Assembly (NCBI GenBank): GCA_963785305.1
Contig: CAWAUV010000004.1
Span: forward strand, 64,001-128,000
Source: an uncultured Planctomycetaceae bacterium
GTDB taxonomy: Bacteria > Planctomycetota > Planctomycetia > Pirellulales > PALSA-1355
DNA: 64,000 nucleotides
Direction of reading: 5' to 3'
The position numbers and the translations under genes are program-made. The notes beneath the pieces are model-generated. The model saw nothing but the letters and a program-made list of their open reading frames with translations. It searched no databases and had not been told where the DNA came from. Below, in pieces: positions 21,601 to 31,263 of the stretch. How positions within the stretch are numbered: the first letter of the stretch is position 1; the number at the start of each line of letters is the position of its first letter.

Positions 21601-24286
21601 CGAATTGACCACGGTGCTCCAAGAGGTCGGTCGCCGTCAGGTGTCGAAAGAAGTGAACGACGTGGCCGCGTACGGGGCGCTCGCGGCGGCGCGCGAGCGC
21701 GAGCGTCTGGCCCGGGAGCTCGACACGAAGCAGGAAAAAGAACATCAACTGATGGACCGCTTCAACTCGCTGATGGCGGAGCGGCGGTACTTGGAAGCCG
21801 AAGAAGGCCCGGCGGCTGAAATCGCGGCGCTCGACCCGCGAAGCACGATTTCGGTTTCGGCCACCCTCGATTCCCGCATGACGCGCTATGTGACCCAAAA
21901 TGCCGACTTCCGATTGCGTCGGCAGCGGGGCGTGGTCGACGTGCTCGCGCAGGCCGAGTTGTCGAGCATTCCGTTTCCCGACGATCAGCCGATCGTGTAT
22001 CCCGACGCGCAGTTCTGGCAAGAGCTTACTTTGCGCCGCAAACAGTATGCGGCCGTCGACTTGAAGAAGGACTCGGTGGCGGAGAAGAAGATTCGCAAGG
22101 CGCTCGATGAGTCGACCGTGCTCGAATTCGTGGAAACGCCGCTGAGCGATGTAATCTCGTATTTGCGCGATCTGCATCAGATCGAGATTCAAGTCGACAC
22201 CAAGAAGTTGGAGGAAGCCGGCATCAGTCTCGATATGCCGATCACCAAGACGCTCCGCGGCATCAGCCTCAAGAGCGCCTTGCGACTCATGCTACAGCCG
22301 CTCGAGCTTTCCTATGTGATCAAGGATGAAGTGCTCCTGATCACCACCAAGGAAGATGTCGACAACACGCTCGTGACCAAAGTCTATCCGGTCGCCGACC
22401 TGGTGCTTCCGATTCGCGCCGCGAGCCCGATGGGCATGGGCGGCGGCATGGGCGGCATGGGTGGCATGATGGGCGGTGGCGGTGGCATGGGCGGCGGAAT
22501 GGGTGGCGGCATGGGCGGCGGCGGCATGGGTGGCATGGGCGGCGGAATGGGTGGCATGGGTGGCGGCATGGGTGGTGGCGGCATGGGCGGTGGCATGTTC
22601 GCCGTCGACGACGCGCCCGCGGCCCCCAAGAGCAAGTCCTCGATGCGCATGGGCGCCCAGAAGTCGGCGCCGGCGCCGGCCGCGGCGCCCGATGCTCCGG
22701 CGAGCATCAATCTGGGACCCAAGCCGACGGCGGCCGGCCCCAAGAAGGCGCCGGCCGGCGCGGCGGATAACGCCGGCAAGTCGCAAGTCATTCATCTGAC
22801 GATCGCGCCCGACGCCGATCCGCAAGTGGTCTGGAACGATTACTTCGCCTCGCATCCCGAGGTTTCGCCGAGCGCGGTCTCGGCCACGGCCGTGGAATTG
22901 ATGCACTCGCGGCATTTCGATCATCTGGTGGCGCTGATCCAGAGCGCGCTTTGCGCCGGTCAGCCCCAGCCTTGGATGTACGAGGCCATGGGGCTCGCCC
23001 TGCAAGCCGCCGGACGCCCCAAGGCGGAGATCGAGCGAGCGCTTATGTCGGGTGTCGACCTGAGCGACAGTCCCGAGGAAATGATGTATGTCGCCCAGTA
23101 CATGGCTCGCTGCGGCTTGGAAGAGCGGGCCCTCAAAATCTTCCGCCAAGTGGGCGCCGCCACTCCCATGGCCCCAGAACCGCTGATTCTGGGTCTGAAA
23201 CTCGCCCAGCGGCTCAACCGGATCGACGACGTGAAATGGGCGTCGCTCGGCATCTTGCGGCAAGCCTGGCCCGAGGACAAACGCGATGTTTGGCAATCGG
23301 GTCTGCGTGCCGCGAATGCCACGCTCGAGCAACTCAAGAGCGAGGATCGCACGGATGAGGCCGCCGTGTTTCAAGCTCAAGTCGACGAGGCCTTGGAGCG
23401 CGACGTGATCGTGCGCGTGCAGTGGACCGGCGACGCCGACGTGGACATTTACGTCGAGGAGCCGACCGGCGCGATTTGTTCGTTTCGCAACCCGCGCACC
23501 ACCGGCGGCGGCGTGATGATGGGCGACACCGCCTCGCACGGGGCCCAAGCCTCGAAAGACGGCTACAGCGAAACCTATGTCTGCCCGATCGCGTTTAGTG
23601 GTTCCTATCGGGTGCTGCTCCGCCGAGTGTGGGGTAAGGTCACGGCCGGCAAGGTCACGGTCGATGTGTTCTCGCACTACGGCTCGAAGCAGATCAAGCA
23701 CATGAGCGAGCAAATCAAGCTCGGCGAGGAAGACGCCGCGGTGGCGTTCGAGATTGCCGATGGTCGCCGCAAGGACCCGATCGGCAACGAAATCGTGGCC
23801 AACGCGGTGGCCGCCCAAGTGAATATCAATCAGGCCGTGCTGGCCCAGCAATTGAACGCGCTTTCGGCCGGCAACGGCGCCAACGCCGGGCTGAATCTAT
23901 CGCGGGCCGGACTATTCGGCGCCTTCAACGGACCGTTTTTGCGGCAGGCCGTGGGCTATATGCCGATTATCATCGTGCTGCCGACCGGCGCCAACATGTC
24001 GGCCCAGGGCGTGATTTCGGCCGACCGACGCTATGTGCGCATCACGGCCCATCCGCTCTTCTCGCAGATCGGCCAAGTGACGACGTTTAATATCTCGTCG
24101 GGCCGCACGGGCACTTCGCCGAGCCCGCCGCCGGGTGGCGGTGGCGTGGCGGCGGGTGGCGGATTCGGCGGCGCCGGCGGTAATGGCGGCGTGGGCGCGG
24201 GGGGCGGAGCCGGGCGAGGCGGCGCGGCCGGCGCCGGCGGCGCGGGGCAGGGTGGCGCGGCGGGCGGCGCTCTTCAAAATCGCTAA
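18620..24286 (+). CDS. Very large secreted VWA-domain protein with duplicated STN-like module, TPR-like region, DUF2135-like segment and secretin-like C-terminal fragment
   Basis: Signal peptide MSMSKACSLLTALGLVLG; MIDAS motif LFDTSASQ and YIGDG; two copies of LKSALRLMLQPLELSYVIKDEVLLITT; VQWTGDADVDIYVEEPTG; VISADRRYVRITAHPLFSQI. Confidence 0.8.
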   Translation: MSMSKACSLLTALGLVLGHSVAGGAAPENKESAPAQLANRGGAAPSHLDTYVRADGAAYFALSLSPTGAAPKAAGHDIAVLFDTSASQAGPFRAKGLETLEAFIERLPPTDRVQLFAVDIYPTALTDGFVSPAGESIKKAIATLKNCAPLGSTDLPAALEAARLALEGKAPAQASDAKSTDSAANSTGDKTLAADKTLTADKASPARKDAPASDRTRAIVYIGDGQSVANMVDITAFRDATERMSQSRISLTSLAIGPRLDTGLLAALANQTGGMLAVDGDTFTPHQFAQFLAIGAHGAVLWPDAMRWPEALGDVFPRQLPPLRFDRETVVLGQGKPACPVTIQVTADCLNARMPLAWRIESAHLNEDLSFLPQLIDLVRVSDGLTLPTLGDAGLRETGRMLGAGNQRLADLSNQAIAVGNFDDAEKLADEALRRDPRDPMAQAVKRKLSETRAQGGKESAMKEKKGGLKLGKPKGKDSSRLRRAADDLAASESATGNDGAWGAVLFAVPDELPADAPAPTLLDNQQRDNDVVAGLIELQVNNALKTARAHMSDNPSGNLQDIKVLLEQVHAAPELNTELRHRLQTELATMVREIERRVVEKDANEAAANHTLAAARERERLARELDTKQEKERQLMDRFNSLMGERRYLEAQEGPAAEISALDPRSPNAVAATLNSRMTRNVTQNVDFRLRRQRGVIDMLAQAELSSIPFPDDQPIVYPDAQFWQELTLRRKQYAAVDLKKDSAAEKKIRKALADSTVLEFVETPLSDVIAYLRDLHQIEIQVDDKKLEEAGISLDMPITKTLRGVSLKSALRLMLQPLELSYVIKDEVLLITTKEEVDNTLVTKVYPVADLVLRIPPAMPMGMRGGMGGMGGMMGGGMGGGMGGMGGGMMGGMGGGMGGGMGRMGGGMGGMFVVPDELPVDGPLGPTLLDTQQRDNDVVAGMIELQVANAIKNARAHMADNPTGNRQDLKELLDHVRLAPELNSELRSRLQGELTTVLQEVGRRQVSKEVNDVAAYGALAAARERERLARELDTKQEKEHQLMDRFNSLMAERRYLEAEEGPAAEIAALDPRSTISVSATLDSRMTRYVTQNADFRLRRQRGVVDVLAQAELSSIPFPDDQPIVYPDAQFWQELTLRRKQYAAVDLKKDSVAEKKIRKALDESTVLEFVETPLSDVISYLRDLHQIEIQVDTKKLEEAGISLDMPITKTLRGISLKSALRLMLQPLELSYVIKDEVLLITTKEDVDNTLVTKVYPVADLVLPIRAASPMGMGGGMGGMGGMMGGGGGMGGGMGGGMGGGGMGGMGGGMGGMGGGMGGGGMGGGMFAVDDAPAAPKSKSSMRMGAQKSAPAPAAAPDAPASINLGPKPTAAGPKKAPAGAADNAGKSQVIHLTIAPDADPQVVWNDYFASHPEVSPSAVSATAVELMHSRHFDHLVALIQSALCAGQPQPWMYEAMGLALQAAGRPKAEIERALMSGVDLSDSPEEMMYVAQYMARCGLEERALKIFRQVGAATPMAPEPLILGLKLAQRLNRIDDVKWASLGILRQAWPEDKRDVWQSGLRAANATLEQLKSEDRTDEAAVFQAQVDEALERDVIVRVQWTGDADVDIYVEEPTGAICSFRNPRTTGGGVMMGDTASHGAQASKDGYSETYVCPIAFSGSYRVLLRRVWGKVTAGKVTVDVFSHYGSKQIKHMSEQIKLGEEDAAVAFEIADGRRKDPIGNEIVANAVAAQVNINQAVLAQQLNALSAGNGANAGLNLSRAGLFGAFNGPFLRQAVGYMPIIIVLPTGANMSAQGVISADRRYVRITAHPLFSQIGQVTTFNISSGRTGTSPSPPPGGGGVAAGGGFGGAGGNGGVGAGGGAGRGGAAGAGGAGQGGAAGGALQNR
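20138..22597 (+). repeat. Intragenic tandem duplication, units 20138-21358 and 21359-22597
   Basis: Both units start F-[AV]-V-P-D-E-L-P, share long identical peptide runs (QAELSSIPFPDDQPIVYPDAQFWQELTLRRKQYAAVDLKKDS) and end in a GGM-rich tract. Confidence 0.93.
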
Positions 24287-24295
24287 TTTCCGAGT

Positions 24296-25732
24296 TCATC
24301 TCCAATTCGGCCCCGTCGGCGTCCGTCGAACGTGGCGGCCGGGGCTTGCTAGTCGAGCGGATGCGCGCATCGCCGCGAGCATCTCGCCCGCCATGAAAAA
24401 CGAGCCCGAAATGACCGCCAAGTCGTCGGGCCGCAGCCACTCCCGGGCCGCGAGCCACGCGCTCTCGAGGTCGGCGTGGCCCCGGACCGGCCGCGAAGTG
24501 AGCTCGCGAGCGAGCCGCTCCAGTTCCTCGACCGCCGCGCTGCGCGTATTGCTCCCGTAGCGGCTGAGCAGCAGGCAATCGAAGCGCGGGGCGAGCACTT
24601 CGAGCATGCCGCGCACATCTTTGTCGCGGCTCGTGGCGAAGATCAGCAGCTTTCGCGCGGTCGTGAAGCTTTGGTCGAGTGTATCGACGAGCGCTTGGGC
24701 CGAGGCGACATTGTGCGCCGCGTCGAGCACGATCGCCGGACGCCGGCGGAGCAATTCCATGCGCGCCGACCGCGCACTTTCGCCAAGCCCGCGCAGCCGC
24801 CTCGAGCGGTATTCTCCACCCCTGGCGCTTCATTTCGCCGAGCGCGGCCAAGGCAATCGCCGCGTTGGCCGCTTGATGTGGTCCGAGCAGTCCGAGCGGC
24901 GCCGACGCCACCCGGTCGAATCCGCCCGGCGATCGATCCTCGAAATCAAGTTCTCCATGTTCTTCGGAGTGTTCGAGTCCGCGCGGAGGCCGATAGGCGT
25001 AGTGAAAGTCGCGGCCAACGCGCGCGAGCGGGGCGCCTCGCTGCTGGGCCACGGCCTCGATCACTTCGCGCGGTTCGGCGCGACCACTCCGCTAATCACC
25101 GGCACGCCGGGTTTGATGATGCCTGCTTTCTCGCCGGCGATCGCCGCGAGAGTGCCGCCGAGTTGCTGCACATGGTCGAAGCTGATGCTGGTGATGAGCG
25201 ACACGATCGGGCGGCAAACATTCGTCGAATCGAGCCTGCCGCCGAGCCCCACTTCGAGCACGGCGCAATCGGCGCCCAAATCCGCGAAATGGCGAAACGC
25301 CAGGGCGGTGACGATCTCGAAATAGGTCGGGCCGCAAGCGCCTTCGCACTCGGCCCGCGCGTCCATTCGTTCGACATGCGGCCGCGCCTCCTCGATCAGT
25401 CGCTCCCAATCGGGCGCGGAGAGCGGCTGGCCATCGATCGCGATCCGTTCCTCGACCCGTTCCAAATGCGGCGAGGTGAAGAGTCCGACCCGGTAGCCCG
25501 CGGCCTCGAGCGCGGCGGCGATCATGGCTGCGGTCGAGCCCTTGCCCTTGGTGCCCGCGATATGAATGGCCGGCAGGCCAAGATGCGGGTCGCCGAGCGC
25601 GGCGAGCAGTTCGCGCATGCGTTCGAGTTTGAAGTTGCGCTGGCTGTAGGGGGCCGGGGTCGATCGCTCGTGGTCGATGCGACTTTCGAGAAAAACGTCG
25701 GCGCGGCTGGGAGAACGAATGGGTTGGCGCAT
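24296..25732 (-). CDS. folC: Folylpolyglutamate/dihydrofolate synthase (frameshifts near 25065 and 24780)
   Basis: [62 protein letters not shown]. Confidence 0.92.
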
Positions 25733-26407
25733 CGCATTCGAAGTCGAGAGTTCAGGAAATTCCGCCGGTTTTGTCCGGGCGACCAATATGCGATTCGAGG
25801 GTATGCGATCGGGTTGTCGCTGGGCAGGATCGGCGCTCGCGCCCCACCGGGTCCATCTTGGCGCCGCATTCATTTTGGCGCGGGCTCCTCGGCCCCTGGA
25901 GGCTTGCCCGTGGCGGGACTTATTCTAAAGGATCGAGGCCGGGGGCCGCCATCGCGCGAGCCGCCTTTCCGGGACCACGACGCCGTTGAAGCGCCGATTT
26001 CTCGCGCGCGCCGCTCGCAATGTTTTTTTCGCGAGGCGTGCGGAGGCGAACGAATCTCGTTCCGTGGAGCTGGAATTTCGACGCCGCCCCCCTTGGCCCG
26101 GGCGATTTGCCAATTTACACTTGGCTTTTTCCTGGGGCGCTGTTTTCCGGCGCGGTCGAACCAATGGGCTCTCGCGTGCGTAATCATCAGCGTTAACGCC
26201 GGATTAGCACATTTCCCCGGGTCGCTGTCGCTTGTCGATTCCGCGAGCGGCGTGGCTCGCCAGTTTTCATTTGAACCGCGCGATCCATGCCGCGCAGCCG
26301 CGCGTCGGACTCGCTCCGCCGGGGGCGGACCCTGGAGCGAGTCAGGCCGCTCGCGCGGCGCCGATCAAGGCCGTGCTTTCGAACAACCTGTCAGGAGCGT
26401 ATTGGCC

Positions 26408-27289
26408 ATGTCGTCCGAGGTGGTAATCGAAACTCGCAATCTGTCGAAGGTGTACCGCGACTTCTGGGGCCGCCAGAAAGTCTGGGCGCTCAAAGCGCTC
26501 GACTTGGAAGTTCGCCGCGGCGAAATTTTCGGCCTGCTCGGCCCCAACGGTTCGGGCAAGTCGACCACCATGAAACTTCTGCTGGGGCTGTTGTTCCCCA
26601 CCAGCGGCCAGGCGCTCGTGTTCGGCAAAGACGCCACGAATGTCGGCAAAAACGCGCGACTCGGCTATCTGCCCGAGGAATCGTATCTCTACCGCTTCCT
26701 GAACGCCGAGGAGACGCTCGATTTCTACGGTCGGCTGTTCGACATTTCCTCGGCCGAGCGCCGGCGACGCGTCAAGGACCTGATCCAGCGAGTGGGGCTC
26801 GAGCGCTCGGCCAAGCGCCAATTGAAGGAATACAGCAAAGGCATGACGCGCCGAATCGGGCTCGCCCAGGCGCTGATCAACGATCCGGAACTTGTGCTGC
26901 TCGATGAGCCCACGAGCGGTCTCGATCCGCTGGGCACGCGATACATCAAGGACCTGATCCTCGACCTCAAGGCCCAGGGTAAGACGGTGCTGATGAGCAG
27001 CCACTTGCTCGCCGATGTCGAGGATGTGTGCGATCGGATCGCGATTCTCCACGATGGCGAGCTCAAGGAGCTCGGTCGTGTCGACGCGCTGCTCAAGAAC
27101 ACTTCGGTCACGCAATTCAAAGTCACGGACTTGAGCGACGACGCCAAACGCGAGATCGTGGCGGTGATCGAACGCTACCAAGCGGGCCTCGTGACGATCG
27201 AAAACCCCACATCGACGCTGGAAGAGCTGTTCTTGGATGTAGTCCGCGAGAGCGAAGCTCGCCCCGGCCGCCGGGCGCGCTCCGAGTAG
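26408..27289 (+). CDS. ABC transporter ATP-binding protein
   Basis: GPNGSGKST Walker A, YSKGM signature, [13 protein letters not shown]. Confidence 0.93.
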   Translation: MSSEVVIETRNLSKVYRDFWGRQKVWALKALDLEVRRGEIFGLLGPNGSGKSTTMKLLLGLLFPTSGQALVFGKDATNVGKNARLGYLPEESYLYRFLNAEETLDFYGRLFDISSAERRRRVKDLIQRVGLERSAKRQLKEYSKGMTRRIGLAQALINDPELVLLDEPTSGLDPLGTRYIKDLILDLKAQGKTVLMSSHLLADVEDVCDRIAILHDGELKELGRVDALLKNTSVTQFKVTDLSDDAKREIVAVIERYQAGLVTIENPTSTLEELFLDVVRESEARPGRRARSE

Positions 27290-27428
27290 CGTTCGGCCGG
27301 CGCGGCGAGATTCCGCCAGTTCGGCGAATCTCCCCACCGAGGTCGCGAATCAGTCAATTTTTCCGCATATGCTCGGCGGCGCGAGCCGACGGGCATTTTT
27401 AGACGCCTAGCGAACAACGAAGTCTGTC

Positions 27429-29234
27429 ATGGTTCTGGAAACCGATCCGATCGTATTTGGGCAATGGATAATTCCGGCGCTCTTGCAGTTCTTGTTTTTC
27501 GCCTTTCTGGGGATCGTGGCGATGTTCGCGGTGTGCTATGTGGCTTGCGCCGCCCGCTACGGACCGCTGCGCGGCGGCGATGTATTGCTGCGCGGCGTGG
27601 TGGCCGGCGCGCGCGATCTGGCCGAAGCGCGCCCACGCAGAGTCCACGCGCTGGCCCGCTTGGCCGTGCAGGAATCGCTGCGGCGCCGAATCTGGGTCGC
27701 GCTGGTGCTGTTCGTCGTGATCTTGATCTTCGCCGGTTGGTTTCTCGATCCCAATAGTTTCGATCCCGCCAAGCTGTATCTGAACTTCGTGCTTCAGGCG
27801 ACTACCTATCTGGTGCTGCTGTTGTCGCTCTTTTTGAGCGTGTTCAGCTTGCCGGCCGATATGAAGAATCGCACCATCCACACCGTGGTCACGAAGCCGG
27901 CCCGGCGCAGCGAGATTTTTCTCGGCCGCTTGATCGGCTTTGGCGCCATTGGCGCGACCATGCTCCTGGTGATGGCGGTCCTGAGCTATTTGTTCGTGGT
28001 CCGCGGCCTGACGCACACGCATACGGTGGATGTCGCGTCGCTCAAGGCCAAGCCGAACTCGCCCGATGGCGCCCAGACCGGTCAGACATCGCTCACCCAG
28101 GGCCATTCCCACAAATTCACGCTCGACGGCGCCGGCGCCGGGGCCACCGAGGTCGATCGCGGCCACTGGCATCAGATCACCTCGAGCGGCGGCGAGAAGC
28201 CGACCTACACCGTCGGTCCGCCCGAGGATGTGTTCCTGGCTCGGGTGCCGAAGTATGGCGTGCTCTCGTTCAAGGATCGCAATGGCGAGCCGGTCGCCCG
28301 GGGCATCAGCGTGGGCAACGAATGGGCCTACCGCAGCTTTATCGAAGGCGGCAGCTTGGCGTCGGCCACCTGGACCTTCACCGGCATCACTCCGGAGGAG
28401 TTTCCCGACGGGCTGCCGCTCGAAATGACGATTCGCGTGTTTCGCAGTTGGAAGGGCAAGATCGATCGCGGCATCTATGGCAGTATCACGGTGCGCAACC
28501 CGAAGACCGGAGTGGCCAGCAATCCGCAAAACTTTCTCTGCAAGGACGCCCAGATCGATCGGCGTCAGCGCATTCCGCTCGAGCTGACGGATAAATCGGG
28601 CAAGTCGATCGAGCTGTTTCGCGATCTGGTGACGCCCGAGGGCACGGTCGAGATCACGCTCCAGTGTCTGGAGCCAGGGCAGTACTTCGGCATGGCCAAG
28701 GCCGACCTGTATCTTCGCGCGGCCGATGGCTCGTTCGAGGGCAATTTCGTCAAAGGCTTCATCGGCATCTTTTATCAGATGCTGCTCGTCACCGGTTTCG
28801 GCCTCTTGTTCAGCACTTTCCTGAGCGCCCCGGTGGCGATGCTGGCCGAGATCGCGGCGATCATCATTGGCTTCTGCACCAAGTTCATCATGGATCTCGT
28901 CTACGATCAGTCGCATGGAATGAAGCTGGGCGGCGGGCCGGTCGAGTCGCTGTTCTTTCGCATTCCCGGCCAGATGAATCAAACCACGCCGCTCGAGGAG
29001 GGCATGGCGAAAAACGTGGTGCAGTTTCTCGACTTCTGCGTGCTCAAGCAGATGGAATTTTGCTGCCTGCTCGTGCCCGACTTTCGCGATTTCAACAATG
29101 TGGATCATGTGACGTTTGGTTTCGATATTCCTTTCGACAATCTACTACGGCAGGGCGTGCTCACGGCCGGGTACATGCTGGCGGTGGTGGTCGTGGGCAC
29201 ATTCATACTCAAGTCCCGCGAGGTGGCCCAGTGA
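27429..29234 (+). CDS. ABC-2 type permease with large extracytoplasmic insertion
   Basis: Multiple TM segments, SLPADMKNRTIHTVVTKPARRSEIFLGR loop, and a ~250-aa soluble insert with HTH/GHSH/GHWH motifs. Confidence 0.8.
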   Translation: MVLETDPIVFGQWIIPALLQFLFFAFLGIVAMFAVCYVACAARYGPLRGGDVLLRGVVAGARDLAEARPRRVHALARLAVQESLRRRIWVALVLFVVILIFAGWFLDPNSFDPAKLYLNFVLQATTYLVLLLSLFLSVFSLPADMKNRTIHTVVTKPARRSEIFLGRLIGFGAIGATMLLVMAVLSYLFVVRGLTHTHTVDVASLKAKPNSPDGAQTGQTSLTQGHSHKFTLDGAGAGATEVDRGHWHQITSSGGEKPTYTVGPPEDVFLARVPKYGVLSFKDRNGEPVARGISVGNEWAYRSFIEGGSLASATWTFTGITPEEFPDGLPLEMTIRVFRSWKGKIDRGIYGSITVRNPKTGVASNPQNFLCKDAQIDRRQRIPLELTDKSGKSIELFRDLVTPEGTVEITLQCLEPGQYFGMAKADLYLRAADGSFEGNFVKGFIGIFYQMLLVTGFGLLFSTFLSAPVAMLAEIAAIIIGFCTKFIMDLVYDQSHGMKLGGGPVESLFFRIPGQMNQTTPLEEGMAKNVVQFLDFCVLKQMEFCCLLVPDFRDFNNVDHVTFGFDIPFDNLLRQGVLTAGYMLAVVVVGTFILKSREVAQ

Positions 29235-31069
29235 ACGAGCGGCGAATGTTCCTGCGTAAGATCGGCTACGGAGCGGCGGCGGCGGCGCTCTTGATTCCGC
29301 TCTACGCGCTCAGCCAACCCGCGACCACCCAGTCACGGGGCGGCCTTCTGGCCCGCTATCGCCAGGACCACGGCCTGAGCCAAGCCAACCTGGGCGAGAT
29401 CGATCCGGCGAGCGAGACCATGAAGCTGGCCACGCTCGGGCTCAGCCCGGTGGCGATCACCATGCTGTGGAACAAGGCGCAGTACTACCAGAAGGTCGAG
29501 GATTGGACCAACCTTTCGGCCACTTGCGAACAGATCGTGCGGCTGGAGCCGAACTTCGCCAAGGTGTGGGAACACGAAGGATGGAATCTCTCGCACAACG
29601 TGGCGGTCAACTTCGATGACTATCACGATCGCTATCGCTGGATCATCAAGGGCATCGAGTTCATGAAAGACGGCGCCGCCCACAACGCCACCAATTCACG
29701 CTTGCCTTGGTACATCGGCTGGGTGGCTTCGTGGAAGATCGGGCGGGCCGACGAAAAAATCCAGTACCGCAGGCTCTTCCGCCAGGACGACGAGTTCCAC
29801 AAGATCGACGATCCCCATCGCACACCCGCCCAGCGAGATAATTGGCTGGTCGGACGCTGGTGGTTTCAAAAGGCCGAGCATGTGGTCGACCTGGGCTATC
29901 CGGTCATGGGCAACAGCCCGCTGATCTTCTACTCGAATAAGCCCAAGTGTTTGATCAACTACGCCGAAGCTCTCGAGGGCGACGATGGCGTGTTCGGCGA
30001 GGTGGCCAAGATCGCCTGGGAAAATGGCCGCGCGGCATGGGCCGACTACGGCGCTCGCGATATTCCCACCTTGCAAAACGACACGATCCGGCTGGCCGAC
30101 CAAGAGCGAATCGAGCAACGCTTGGCCAAAACCAAGGCCGAACTCGAGGCGATGTTGCCCGGAATGCGCGAAAAGATTCGCCAGGAGCGCGTCGATCGCC
30201 TGTCACCCCAAGATCGCGAACTGGTCGACACGCCGCGCGATCATCGCCATGTCGATTTGATCTCGGCCGGCGATCGGCTCGACGGAATCGTCAATCCGAC
30301 CTACTTCGACGTGGCCGAACGCTCGAAGCCCGAGGATCGCATTCGCGCCATGCAAATGGCCAAGAGCATCACCGACGATCAGGCCACGGCGCGCGAAATC
30401 GACTTGGATCGGAGCCAAGTGAACTTCGTGTATTGGCGCGACCTGTGCGAAATGGAACGCGACGACAGCACCTTGGCGGCCCGCAAGGCGATCTTCCAGG
30501 CCGAAGACGCGCTCGCGCACAATCGCTTCGTGCAGGCGGGCGAGCTCTACGACGAAGGTTTCAAAGCTTGGCGCAAGTCGCTCGACACGTATCGCTCGAT
30601 TGCCGAGGACCAAGTGACGGTGGGCGAGATGATGGACACGGTCGAGAAATATGGCGAATACCTCCGCCAGGTCAACCAACCGTTTCCCGAGGACTTCGCG
30701 CTGCGCGATCAAGTATTGCTTTGGCAAAAATCGAATCCGCAGTCGGCCCCGCGGAAAAACATTCCTTGGCTGAAAGACGAGCCGCCCAAAGCCTCGGCCG
30801 CCGCGGAAGCGCCGGTCGGTGAATCGTCGGCGGACAAAGCCGCGCGGCCCGCGGAGAAAGGCGCCGAACCGGCCGAAAAGGCCCCCGCTTCCGAAGCCGC
30901 CCCGCCGGAAAACATGCCAAAACCCGACGCCGGGAAACCCGACGCGCCCCAATCCGACGCGCCAAAGTCCAACGCGCCAAAGTCCGAGGTCAGCCCCGCG
31001 AGCGATCCTTCGCCCGCCGAGGGCGCCGCTCCAGCCAAGCCGCCCGAGGCTCCAGCCAAGCCCGAGTGA
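29231..31069 (+). CDS. Conserved planctomycete-type helical/TPR-like membrane-anchored protein with P/A/E/K-rich tail
   Basis: GTG start overlaps the permease stop (GTGA); N-terminal TM; LGEIDPASETMKLATLGL and WNLSHNV motifs; low-complexity C-terminus. Confidence 0.7.
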   Translation: MNERRMFLRKIGYGAAAAALLIPLYALSQPATTQSRGGLLARYRQDHGLSQANLGEIDPASETMKLATLGLSPVAITMLWNKAQYYQKVEDWTNLSATCEQIVRLEPNFAKVWEHEGWNLSHNVAVNFDDYHDRYRWIIKGIEFMKDGAAHNATNSRLPWYIGWVASWKIGRADEKIQYRRLFRQDDEFHKIDDPHRTPAQRDNWLVGRWWFQKAEHVVDLGYPVMGNSPLIFYSNKPKCLINYAEALEGDDGVFGEVAKIAWENGRAAWADYGARDIPTLQNDTIRLADQERIEQRLAKTKAELEAMLPGMREKIRQERVDRLSPQDRELVDTPRDHRHVDLISAGDRLDGIVNPTYFDVAERSKPEDRIRAMQMAKSITDDQATAREIDLDRSQVNFVYWRDLCEMERDDSTLAARKAIFQAEDALAHNRFVQAGELYDEGFKAWRKSLDTYRSIAEDQVTVGEMMDTVEKYGEYLRQVNQPFPEDFALRDQVLLWQKSNPQSAPRKNIPWLKDEPPKASAAAEAPVGESSADKAARPAEKGAEPAEKAPASEAAPPENMPKPDAGKPDAPQSDAPKSNAPKSEVSPASDPSPAEGAAPAKPPEAPAKPE

Positions 31070-31263
31070 CGGCCCGCCGCTTTCCACGTCGGAAGCCGTG
31101 TTTTCCCGTTTTTGCGGAACGCGCGGATTATGCCGTGGCCGACTCGGCGTGAAAACACGAATTTGGCCCCGCGCTCTGCGCCGCGAAGTATATGCTCTGT
31201 AGGCGGCGACACGCGCTGCCGCCGCGACTTTGCGCGACGAATGTCCCTCGTGGAGCGACGCCG

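Noticed and set aside
20138..22597. Assembly duplication artefact
   Set aside because: The copies differ at many synonymous and non-synonymous sites and both stay in frame.
24476..26407. Long N-terminal extension of the ABC ATPase (937-aa ORF)
   Set aside because: Antisense shadow of folC; the real start is ATG 26408.
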